In this document: in pieces, positions 16,913-25,581 of the stretch
Layout: each line of letters opens with the position of its first letter
Position numbering within the stretch: the stretch's first letter is position 1
IMG/VR virus record: IMGVR_UViG_3300031519_000014
Length of the DNA stretch: 64,000 nucleotides
Reading direction: 5' to 3' (one strand)
DNA from: an uncultured virus (IMG/VR IMGVR_UViG_3300031519_000014)
Lineage: Duplodnaviria > Heunggongvirae > Uroviricota > Caudoviricetes
Notes under the pieces: generated by a model
What the model saw: the letters and a program-made list of their open reading frames with translations, nothing else
Databases searched by the model: none
Told to the model about the DNA's origin: nothing
Made by a program: the position numbers and the translations under genes

Positions 16913-18481
16913 TTATGCCATTAAATCAGATCCTCCCATTTTGGCAAGAACTCTATTAGCGTGATTTGCTCGTTTATTGAGAGCAGCCTCTGATCTATCA
17001 TGCGGTTGTTCATATTGATTTAGAATAACATGAGTCGCTGATTTAACATCAGTAGATTTACGTAAATTATTCAAAGCTCCCTTATGTGTAGTTTTTAATT
17101 CATGAGCTAGAAAACTATATGCAATATCATCATTTGCAGGTTGAACTGTTAAATCAACTCCAAATTTAGATTTAGCATGGTTCTTAAGTGATATCTGTCT
17201 AGAATCATGAGTCCACTGTGACCAGCTATATCCAGTCTTACCGTCAATTACAAGCGGTTTTACTACTGATCCTGGTTTATGTTGAACTCTAGCTGGATAA
17301 AATCCACTCTCTTCCCATAAGTTTCCTGCAAAACCTGCTGCTTGTTCTTTAGTTAATGAGAAGTCTGCAATTAACTTGGTCGCAATTTGGGCTCCCTTAG
17401 TTGCTTTCTGATCCTCTGATGAATTACCCGGTAGAACATTGAATGCACCTGTACTTTTAATAGTTTTCTTAGTAGAGGGAACCGTAATAAAGTCCTTAGT
17501 TTTCTTACTTGAAATAGGTTTTCCCTGTTCAGCAAGCTTAAATAATCTAGCATATATATTTCCAATATCAGTTCCGGTAATATCATTACCATCCTCAATT
17601 ATTCTGTCGTCATCCGTCTTTCTAATACTTCCTATTAAATCTCGTCTCTTACTATATAAATCAAATTTATGTTCAGACTTGTTATATTTAGCAATCTTAG
17701 TTATCCTTTGATCTTTATATCTTATTCTATAATACTTCCTGTGTTTAATACTACTACGACTCTTAAGTTTAGATTTAGACTTAACTTTAGTTTCGGCTTC
17801 TTTCTGCTGAGCAATCGCTTCTCCATCCCATTCAGTTTTGATCGGCCCTTTATATCTAAATGACGCAGTTTTAGTTTCGTTCTTCTTTGCTACTGATCTC
17901 CAACTTTTAATATTATAGTTCATTTCAATTTGACCTGTATTAGCGCCATTAAATCCACCTGATGAATTTGATATGATCTTATCACCATCTACTATAACAC
18001 CAGTATGACCTGATCCCTTATCTCCGGTACGCGTTAGTATAACATCCCCAGGATCAGATGCTGTCTCCCAGTTTCTAATCATTTCCCAATCACTAGATGT
18101 TGATAAATGATCCCATAGTGCCTTAGTTGCATTTTGAATTATAGGTTTTCCTGGTATAATTGGAACTCCGAATGCTCTGTAAAACATTAATGAAACTGCA
18201 GCAGCACATCCAAGTCCACCAGGTGAAGAATTCTTCTTAGTACCTGTCGTATTTGACATTGTTCTAGTGGGAACGTTAATATTAGCATATGCAGATTTCT
18301 TTAGATCTCCTATTGGTTTATCTATAGGAAGTGCAAGAGGTAAATGTGTATCTTTATTATCAATACCAACTGACTTGCCAAAATCGTCATGTGATTTATC
18401 AAAGTCGCTTGCCGCTTCTTCTATAGCCTCTTCCTCGAGTCTACTATTATTTAGCCAACTATCAAACGAATCTATTTCCAT
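16913..18481 (-). CDS. virion-associated dual peptidoglycan hydrolase (NlpC/P60/CHAP-like plus phage tail lysozyme)
   Basis: GCAAAVS...PGDVIL...GHTGVI; AAGFAGNLWEESG...SQWT...FLAHEL...YEQP. Confidence 0.8.
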   Translation of the reverse strand: MEIDSFDSWLNNSRLEEEAIEEAASDFDKSHDDFGKSVGIDNKDTHLPLALPIDKPIGDLKKSAYANINVPTRTMSNTTGTKKNSSPGGLGCAAAVSLMFYRAFGVPIIPGKPIIQNATKALWDHLSTSSDWEMIRNWETASDPGDVILTRTGDKGSGHTGVIVDGDKIISNSSGGFNGANTGQIEMNYNIKSWRSVAKKNETKTASFRYKGPIKTEWDGEAIAQQKEAETKVKSKSKLKSRSSIKHRKYYRIRYKDQRITKIAKYNKSEHKFDLYSKRRDLIGSIRKTDDDRIIEDGNDITGTDIGNIYARLFKLAEQGKPISSKKTKDFITVPSTKKTIKSTGAFNVLPGNSSEDQKATKGAQIATKLIADFSLTKEQAAGFAGNLWEESGFYPARVQHKPGSVVKPLVIDGKTGYSWSQWTHDSRQISLKNHAKSKFGVDLTVQPANDDIAYSFLAHELKTTHKGALNNLRKSTDVKSATHVILNQYEQPHDRSEAALNKRANHANRVLAKMGGSDLMA

Positions 18482-18492
18482 ACTAATATTAT

Positions 18493-18963
18493 TTATCTTA
18501 CTCGATCTAGTATTATCAACTGTGATTTATGTATCTTAGGATACGCATCTTCGATTTTTACAAAACCTGCCCAATCTATTTCCTCTAGTTGTAATTTCTC
18601 TTTATCTATTTTATGACCTATCATTCCTATGTCAGAAGGATCGTCTATTCTCATAATGAAGTATATCATTTGGGAATCAATCGAGCCATCTTTTTTGAAA
18701 CGAGGTACAGTGTGTGGCTCTGAATCTAGCTTCGACGGGTCCACCTCTATTCCGGTTTCCTCGAATACTTCGCGAATTGCTGCGTCTAACGGATCTTCTC
18801 CTACTTTGATTCCTCCTTTTGGAATTCCAAGTGCACTATGTTGCCAACTTGCGTTAGTTGGGTGAACTAGTAAAAGCTTACCGTCCCATACAAATGCGAT
18901 ACCTGCTACATTTTTGGTATCCTCTGATTCATTTATAAATTTATTGAAATTCTTGACCTTCAT
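18493..18963 (-). CDS. Nudix hydrolase
   Basis: Nudix box PKGGIKVGEDPLDAAIREVFEETGI. Confidence 0.92.
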   Translation of the reverse strand: MKVKNFNKFINESEDTKNVAGIAFVWDGKLLLVHPTNASWQHSALGIPKGGIKVGEDPLDAAIREVFEETGIEVDPSKLDSEPHTVPRFKKDGSIDSQMIYFIMRIDDPSDIGMIGHKIDKEKLQLEEIDWAGFVKIEDAYPKIHKSQLIILDRVR

Positions 18964-19135
18964 CCTTTTTTCTGTTATATACTGCTTTATTTAATTCTTC
19001 TCTTTTCTTAACTGACTTCTTCTTAAATCGTTTTCGTTCTCGAAGTTCTTGATGTACTCCTATATCCTTAAGTTTTTTACGGTACGATTTAAGAGCATAT
19101 TCTATTTTATTTCCTTTAACCTTTACTATAATCAT
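18941..19135 (-). CDS. rpsU: 30S ribosomal protein bS21
   Basis: IEYALKSYRKK...G...ELRERKRFKKKSVKKR...KAVY pattern. Confidence 0.88.
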   Translation of the reverse strand: MIIVKVKGNKIEYALKSYRKKLKDIGVHQELRERKRFKKKSVKKREELNKAVYNRKKDEGQEFQ

Positions 19136-19136
19136 G

Positions 19137-19991
19137 TTAATTATATTTTGAATAATCTAAGGTGTGACGTGATTTTATTAACATTGAATCATATAGCTTG
19201 GTTTTGTAATATTTACTAATGCTCTCTGTTATCATTTTATTTTTAACCCAGTTAGGAAGTTTAGAATCATAGAAATCTGAGTAGGCCGCCTCGTATACAG
19301 TTAACGCTTGATGTGGATTCAAATCTAGTTTTCTATTAACGTTATTTAAATATAACCCGCCCTTAACTGATTCAAGTAATTCAACATTATAAAAATCTAA
19401 ATTGTACTTTTCGTATAATTCCTCAGATATTTTAGTTGCTTCTTTCATATGTACGAATCTATTCATGTCTACATCTAGTGGAAATTTATTTATTGATTCC
19501 ACGATGCTGATAGGCTTCCCTTTAAATGATAGGATATTAAATTTAGTTTTAGGTATAACCTTTTCTCTAAACTTTTCGTATAATCCCTCAGATGCTTTAA
19601 GTTTTCCTAGTGTCTTATACTCTACTCCTTCACCTAGTTTATTATATGCTATAATTGGAAATTTTAATTTCTTAATTGTCTTTATGTCACGCGTATATGA
19701 TGGTATAAACTTAGCGCCGCTAAAGTCCTCAATTACCATATTGAAATTTGGAGCTTTATTTAAATTATATGTGAATTCTGATTCATATAGTGCGTTAGAT
19801 TTAAATGAATAATCATCTGCTACTATTACTGGAATCTTATTTAAATTCTCCTTTAGCTCGTATTGATTCTTAATGTAATTGAAGTATGGAAAGTTGATGT
19901 TTTCATTGGTTGCGATTGCAACCTTGTTTATAAATGTATTTGCATCCCTCGAATACTGCTCGCTGTATTGGTTAAAGTTCTTATATTTCAC
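19137..19991 (-). CDS. RimK-like ATP-grasp fold protein, apparently degenerate (likely GTG start at 19991)
   Basis: KLKFPII...GEGV, F.E.V, LDFYNVELLES..G.LYLNNVN; late box at 20011-20018; the track start overlaps the divergent gene. Confidence 0.55.
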   Translation of the reverse strand: MKYKNFNQYSEQYSRDANTFINKVAIATNENINFPYFNYIKNQYELKENLNKIPVIVADDYSFKSNALYESEFTYNLNKAPNFNMVIEDFSGAKFIPSYTRDIKTIKKLKFPIIAYNKLGEGVEYKTLGKLKASEGLYEKFREKVIPKTKFNILSFKGKPISIVESINKFPLDVDMNRFVHMKEATKISEELYEKYNLDFYNVELLESVKGGLYLNNVNRKLDLNPHQALTVYEAAYSDFYDSKLPNWVKNKMITESISKYYKTKLYDSMLIKSRHTLDYSKYN

Positions 19992-20010
19992 AGGTATATA
20001 CGTATTTTTA

Positions 20011-20032
20011 TTATTTATTGTGAGATAAATAA
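20011..20032. promoter_or_regulatory. back-to-back ATAAATAA late-promoter boxes
   Basis: Minus box 20011-20018 and plus box 20025-20032 between divergent genes; resembles T4 late TATAAATA. Confidence 0.65.
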
Positions 20033-20049
20033 TAAAAAACCTATTTAAA

Positions 20050-21081
20050 ATGGTTAATTCATTTAAAACTTGGAGCTCAGTAAACGAAAGACACGGGTCT
20101 ACCGGAGGTAGAGAACATATCTGGGTAAAGGGTAAAAAGATCAATATTGTGTATAAGGTTCAAAATAAGGCACAATTCATGATTAAAATTGTACATTCAG
20201 TAGTTGATCAAATCGATGACAACAAAGGAACTCTTACCTCACTAGGAGCAAGTTCAATACTTAATTACGTAAACGCATCACTTGGATTAGTTCAAACGTT
20301 CGGTAAAATGGATACAGCTTTCTTTGGTAAAAAAGTATTAGTTTATAAAATACTAAAGGACACATCTAGAACTCAGAAATATCAGTTTACAGTTACAGAC
20401 AGAACATTGATCGCAGGATTAGATCCTAATACTGAATTTATTTCAACCGCTCAGATTGCAAATGCAGATGGAGACGAAATACAAACTGTAATTACAGATA
20501 CAGAAGATAAAGTAAAAACCGATGATACTGCGGAGAATCCAACCGATGCAATTAATTTAGAAACAGGTGACGGTGAAGGAACTGCAATTACTATCAGACA
20601 GGCAGGTGATAGGTTCAGATATAAGATGAGATCAAATGAGAAATTATACTTATGTCAATTTACAGAAAACGAAGGAGCAATTGATTGTAACGTTATATCC
20701 GGAGGTAGAAAACCAAGTGGAACAGTTTCCTGGAAAGTTAATATACCAATATGGATTACAGATGAGGATAACAGCGGAACTACAAGCACTGAACCACTAT
20801 ATACTGATACTGAGATATTAGACCCAACTGACAAGAAATTCTTTACTAGAATGTTTACCGATGATGATTATTTAAATAAGATAATCAGTGAATATAAGGA
20901 CAAGTATGGATCAAGCGAATTAAACGGCGAAAATCTTAAGAACATGTTATATTATAACGGAACAGAGGATAAAATATTTCCGTCTGAAGTGGAAGACGAA
21001 GGGGAAGAAACCGCAGATGCTGGAACAGTTGGAACGGCCGGAACAGCTGTAAGAACTCAGAAAATGTGGGATAGGTCGTAG
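20050..21081 (+). CDS. putative head-packaged protein
   Basis: MVNSFKTWSSVNE N-terminus; late box. Confidence 0.75.
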   Translation: MVNSFKTWSSVNERHGSTGGREHIWVKGKKINIVYKVQNKAQFMIKIVHSVVDQIDDNKGTLTSLGASSILNYVNASLGLVQTFGKMDTAFFGKKVLVYKILKDTSRTQKYQFTVTDRTLIAGLDPNTEFISTAQIANADGDEIQTVITDTEDKVKTDDTAENPTDAINLETGDGEGTAITIRQAGDRFRYKMRSNEKLYLCQFTENEGAIDCNVISGGRKPSGTVSWKVNIPIWITDEDNSGTTSTEPLYTDTEILDPTDKKFFTRMFTDDDYLNKIISEYKDKYGSSELNGENLKNMLYYNGTEDKIFPSEVEDEGEETADAGTVGTAGTAVRTQKMWDRS

Positions 21082-21118
21082 TAAAGATTAAGGATATAAA
21101 ATAAAAGAACTAATAGAT

Positions 21119-22765
21119 ATGCAAAGTAACGATTTATATAATAGATACGCAGATCATAGAATTAACGAGCAAGTTGCTGTTATTTCAGATGACATGAAAG
21201 AACGACTTAGGCAGTATCTTGAGAATGACTCATTCTTAGAAAAGTTAAGTGACTTATTCTTAGATTTAGATGATGGCGAAACTACAACATCAACTGAACT
21301 TCAAATATCCGGTAAGAAATTCGGAATTATGGAAAAAGATATTATTCATGTAAGAGTAGATAAGTCTGATGATAAATCACCTAAGTTTTATATGTGGGTG
21401 ATGAATGAAGATCATATGTACGACGGCGTTGATTTCCAACGAGCAGCAGAATTGTTATGGAGATCAGGCCAAGGCGGAGGAGCACTAGGAGCAGTTGGAA
21501 ATGCAATCGGCGCATTAGTCGGAGCAGGAGATGCAGGAGATGCAGGAACCCAAGATGACGATTTAATGGGAATAGCTGGAGCTTTATGTAAAATAGCCGG
21601 AGAAAGATCAATAGATCCAGTAGTATACTTTAACAAATTAAGCAAGACGTTTAGTGAATCTAAAGGAGAAAGCTTAGTTGAATTCCTAGAAACTGAATAT
21701 TCAGGTAGAGCAGAAGCTGCAATACTTAATATGTTTAGACAAAAAGTTGATCCAAGTTGGGAGAGAGGAACTAACCTCGGTGCAATTCTATTAGACATTG
21801 GAATAACTGCAGCTACATTAGGAATGGGAACATTCGCAAGCGCATCTCTTAAGGGAGTGGGAGCAGGAGCTGTTACAACTGCTAATTATATTAATAAAGG
21901 AACTAAAGCAATTAAAGGACTTGCGCCAATCTTAAGATTACAGAAAGCATGGACTGGAATGGGAGCTACTCTAAAGGCAGCCAAGCTTCGTAAACTTGTA
22001 AGAACAGAACAAGCATTAGAATATACTGGAAAGATTAAGACAATAGTGAATGGAGTAGCTAAATTCACAGTATCTCCTAAGCCTATTCAGAAATTTGTAC
22101 ATAGTGTAAAAGGAGGACAAGTATATTGGCACCAAATGGAAACTGTTAAAGGAGTTTATCAAATAAAAAAATTAAGTAAAGCTGGAAAAGTGTTAGACGG
22201 TATACCTGGACCAACTCTTGCTAATTTAGCAGTCGATGGAGGAGCAAAACTTACGGCTAAATCATTAGCTGTGTTAGTTCCAAAGACTGCAACTAAGATT
22301 GCTAAAACAGTAGGAGGAGTAGGAGCAGTAGTTGCAGATGGAGATGTAAGTGGTGATGGTAACGGACTTGAAATTGCTGGAGAAGTATTGGGATGGTACG
22401 ATACAATGACTGCAGACCCAAATGCATACTTAGAGGATCTAGTAGGTAAAAGTGAAGATAATTTAGCAAATATGATATGGGAATTAAGCGAAGGTACTGG
22501 GATATGGGGAAATACTACAAATAAAGAAGAGCTAGCAATTGCTCTTATTATTACATCACTTACTCCTGGGTCAGCTAAGAAAGTACAAACTGCATTTGCC
22601 GATCTAGAAACTGAAAGTAGAACAATACATTCTATACTAGTAGATGAATTAGGAGGAAATCTTGAAGATATCGCCACAACATGGTGGTCAGCTTGTACTG
22701 GAGAAAATATTGGAGAACACCCAAAGATCGATCTTATGTATGGTAAACTTACGAAGAAGAAATAA
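21119..22765 (+). CDS. putative ejection protein with two annexin-like repeats and central hydrophobic helix
   Basis: AAELLW...AGTQDDDL...GESLVEFLETEYSG and LANMIW...T..EELAI...IHSILVDELGG; RINEQ near the N-terminus. Confidence 0.55.
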   Translation: MQSNDLYNRYADHRINEQVAVISDDMKERLRQYLENDSFLEKLSDLFLDLDDGETTTSTELQISGKKFGIMEKDIIHVRVDKSDDKSPKFYMWVMNEDHMYDGVDFQRAAELLWRSGQGGGALGAVGNAIGALVGAGDAGDAGTQDDDLMGIAGALCKIAGERSIDPVVYFNKLSKTFSESKGESLVEFLETEYSGRAEAAILNMFRQKVDPSWERGTNLGAILLDIGITAATLGMGTFASASLKGVGAGAVTTANYINKGTKAIKGLAPILRLQKAWTGMGATLKAAKLRKLVRTEQALEYTGKIKTIVNGVAKFTVSPKPIQKFVHSVKGGQVYWHQMETVKGVYQIKKLSKAGKVLDGIPGPTLANLAVDGGAKLTAKSLAVLVPKTATKIAKTVGGVGAVVADGDVSGDGNGLEIAGEVLGWYDTMTADPNAYLEDLVGKSEDNLANMIWELSEGTGIWGNTTNKEELAIALIITSLTPGSAKKVQTAFADLETESRTIHSILVDELGGNLEDIATTWWSACTGENIGEHPKIDLMYGKLTKKK

Positions 22766-22786
22766 TAGGTAACTAATATAAATGAT

Positions 22787-22812
22787 AAAGCCAGCTTTTA
22801 GCTGGCTTTTTT
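22787..22812. terminator. bidirectional intrinsic terminator
   Basis: AAAGCCAGCT-TTT-AGCTGGCTTTTT between convergent genes. Confidence 0.8.
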
Positions 22813-22813
22813 A

Positions 22814-24784
22814 TTATCTAATAAATTTACTGAAGGGTGTTATATGCTTAAGTGATATACTTTCAGATACTCTGCTATTGGTCTTATCCATTCCCATTCC
22901 TTTTTGTAATCGGTTTTCCATATTCCTGATAATCTCGATCTTTTCTTTACCATATGCCATATTATAGAATTCCTCTACTTCTGGTGGAACTGAATCTTTT
23001 CTGTTATTCCAAGCGTGGGCAACTACTCCAATATCTGGTAATCCAAAGTGAGTTGCATTTTTCTGTAAAGTATCATTAAGTACTTTACCTGATTTCTTAT
23101 CCCTATCACCCAAGATCGGAGCAACATAAGATGCATCAGGATTATCCTTTAAATATTTATTAATTGCATGTTGTACAGTCTGTTGTATCGACTTTAATCC
23201 TATAGCTTTAACCTCTCCATCTGATAATAATTTATCTCCAAACGAATCTGCAAACTTTATAATTTGCTTTCCAATAAATAAAGGCATATATCCCTTTATT
23301 CTAAATACACTTGTACCTATTCGATGGGCTACTCCATATGCCTTACTTGCATGTTCAGTGTTAAGTGCAATTCCCTTATAAAAGTCAGCTAGGTTAAGTT
23401 TATTTTGTTTGACGAAATTGCCAACTTCTTTCTTACCCACCGTACCACCATATGCGTCTTGTAAGAATTTAGCCATATTATCTCCGTACCTAGCCGTGAC
23501 GTTTCCTCCTGACTTTAATAGCACAGCAGGCATCGATGACATAACTACTCCCTTTGAATTAAGAACTCTAAGTTCGTCTCCATGAGTAACTATCTTTCTA
23601 CCTCTTTTTCCAGCGGCGGCAAAGAAATCATCCATATTTTTAATATGTCCCATGTCAATTAATTTAGGTACATCAGCTGCGAATTTAGCTGATCCCTTTT
23701 CAAAGGTTTCAAACATATTTCCAATTGAATCAAAGAATTTCTTTAATGGTTTCCCAATGAGCGGCATCCATCCTGTAACTTTTGCTAAAAATCCTTTAAA
23801 GAACTTAGCTAGTAAGTTACCAACAAGTGGAACTGCTTTGCTAGCCGATTTTGCTATTTTGTCAAGTCCGCTAATTGTTTCAGGTCCAGCTTTAGCAATA
23901 GTGTTAACTGCCTCTGGTGTTATCTTTGCTGTTCCTAATGTATATTTAGATCCACGCTTAACAACGGGTGAAGCATAGTGTGTAGATATTTCCAAAATAC
24001 CTCTACCTGCTTTAGTTCCTTTAAATACAGCCTTCATGATATCTCCACCAAATGGGATAGCCGCAGCAATAAATGATACAAGTGCTAGTAAGAATTTATC
24101 TCCTCCTCCTTTTCCATCAGATCTTTCAGATGCTCCTCTAATTAAGTATATAACTCCGTTAAGAATATCTGCAATAAGTCCAACTGGGACTCCAGTGACG
24201 ACGAATATACCATCTCCTACTAATCCAATAATATCTAATATCAAGTGTATAATTCCTATAGGTTCTCCACCTTCAGTTAATGAGAGTGCTAGATTTTTAA
24301 GAATTCCTAGAATTCCGCCGGCATTTTCTTTTGCTTTAGGAACATCGGTTGTTGATTCTATATTCTTTAACACATTTGCGTCTAACAATGAGGCTTCTTT
24401 CTTTGGGTCAGTTATAATATCAGCCGATGACGGATCTACCTTCTCAATTGATTCATCCTCGTTTAATCTAGGAGATTTAAGTTCGTCTACAATTGATTTA
24501 TAAGACGTAGTGATTTCATCCATCTGGATTGATGAGAACATATCAGATACTTGTTCAAGTAATATATTCTTTCCTTGTAATAAATTTCTATTAAAGTTAT
24601 CAACTCCTCTAAATCCTTGTTCTAACAGTAATTTAATTTCTAACTCAAATCTAACATTTTCTGGAATAAGTGACTCTATTCTGCTTAATATAGCAGACTC
24701 ATTCATTATTAGATCATCGTAGTTAAGAGTTCTAGTTATTCCAAAGGATTGGCTATTATCTCCATACGGTTTTATGTGGCGCAT
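22814..24784 (-). CDS. putative ejection/membrane-insertion protein with pre-toxin-TG-like hairpin
   Basis: HLILDIIGLV...ADILNGVIYLIRG...AAAIPFGGD; MRHIKPY N-terminus and LKHITPFSKF C-terminus; late box at 24801. Confidence 0.6.
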   Translation of the reverse strand: MRHIKPYGDNSQSFGITRTLNYDDLIMNESAILSRIESLIPENVRFELEIKLLLEQGFRGVDNFNRNLLQGKNILLEQVSDMFSSIQMDEITTSYKSIVDELKSPRLNEDESIEKVDPSSADIITDPKKEASLLDANVLKNIESTTDVPKAKENAGGILGILKNLALSLTEGGEPIGIIHLILDIIGLVGDGIFVVTGVPVGLIADILNGVIYLIRGASERSDGKGGGDKFLLALVSFIAAAIPFGGDIMKAVFKGTKAGRGILEISTHYASPVVKRGSKYTLGTAKITPEAVNTIAKAGPETISGLDKIAKSASKAVPLVGNLLAKFFKGFLAKVTGWMPLIGKPLKKFFDSIGNMFETFEKGSAKFAADVPKLIDMGHIKNMDDFFAAAGKRGRKIVTHGDELRVLNSKGVVMSSMPAVLLKSGGNVTARYGDNMAKFLQDAYGGTVGKKEVGNFVKQNKLNLADFYKGIALNTEHASKAYGVAHRIGTSVFRIKGYMPLFIGKQIIKFADSFGDKLLSDGEVKAIGLKSIQQTVQHAINKYLKDNPDASYVAPILGDRDKKSGKVLNDTLQKNATHFGLPDIGVVAHAWNNRKDSVPPEVEEFYNMAYGKEKIEIIRNMENRLQKGMGMDKTNSRVSESISLKHITPFSKFIR

Positions 24785-24875
24785 GTGCTATAGTTTTTTA
24801 TTATTTATTCAACTTTATAAACAAAAAAGACCTACTGATCAAGGAAGGTCTTTTAAATGTGAGTTGCTTTATAGT

Positions 24876-25005
24876 TGGTTCATATTACGGATTCGAACCG
24901 CTTTGCTCTATATTCTGTTCGCCAATGTTTAGCGTTACGTATTATTAAGAGTAATCCTTGAGTTGGTACCAACTCAAGGACCGTGTATCCCATCCACCAA
25001 TATGA
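24876..25005 (-). ncRNA. non-canonical tRNA-like RNA (130 nt, encoded CCA)
   Basis: Acceptor TCATATT/AATATGA+A+CCA; D-like arm GTG-GATGGGATA-CAC; T arm GCGG-TTCGAAT-CCGT; no standard anticodon loop. Confidence 0.65.
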
Positions 25006-25075
25006 ATAAAGGACTTTCACCTTTCCTGATTAGCTGTAACCCACTAATCTTATTTGATCATTCAATCAAACCGTG

Positions 25076-25430
25076 TGGAGATGGAGGGATTCGAACCCTC
25101 GTCCATTAAACATCGACAATAGATTTTATTACAGCATAGGATAATCGTTTTCTAACAATTCCAAAATAGAGAGTTCCCTTATTACTGTTCGGTTTACTCA
25201 TAACTAATCTTCAGGTTTTCAATTTCACGCGTGAGAAATAGAAATACTAACTAAACTGTTACTTCCTTTTACATCTAATCAACCTACAAGTATAATCAGT
25301 TACATGATGTGCACTACTTACCTATTAGGCAGCCATTGCGTACTCAGCGTTGTCGGCTAAGATTGATGTAGGTCATCACCCGTTGCTGAATCTAAAGCTT
25401 CTCGAATAATGTCAAAGCCATGTCATCCCC
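25076..25430 (-). ncRNA. ssrA: tmRNA
   Basis: 5' GGGGATG pairs with 3' CATCTCC-A (G3:U70 Ala identity); T arm GAGGG-TTCGAAT-CCCTC; tag frame 25357-25325 ADNAEYAMAA followed by TAA TAG. Confidence 0.93.
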
Positions 25431-25475
25431 ATGTTTTAAAGAACTGTAAAGTAACGATATACTATTTAGTTACTG

Positions 25476-25568
25476 TTACAAAATATACATTACCAATAAT
25501 GCAACTATAGCTCCTAATATAAAAAAAGCAATTTGCTCTAAAAACTGTATTCTATTAAATTTAAACAT
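25476..25568 (-). CDS. possible 30-aa TM peptide
   Basis: Hand translation MFKFNRIQFLEQIAFFILGAIVALLVMYIL. Confidence 0.35.
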   Translation of the reverse strand: MFKFNRIQFLEQIAFFILGAIVALLVMYIL

Positions 25569-25581
25569 TTTTTTAATATTT

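Noticed and set aside
19992..20144. N-terminal extension of the track ORF 19137-20144
   Set aside because: Overlaps the divergent gene and both late boxes; GTG at 19991 gives a tagged N-terminus
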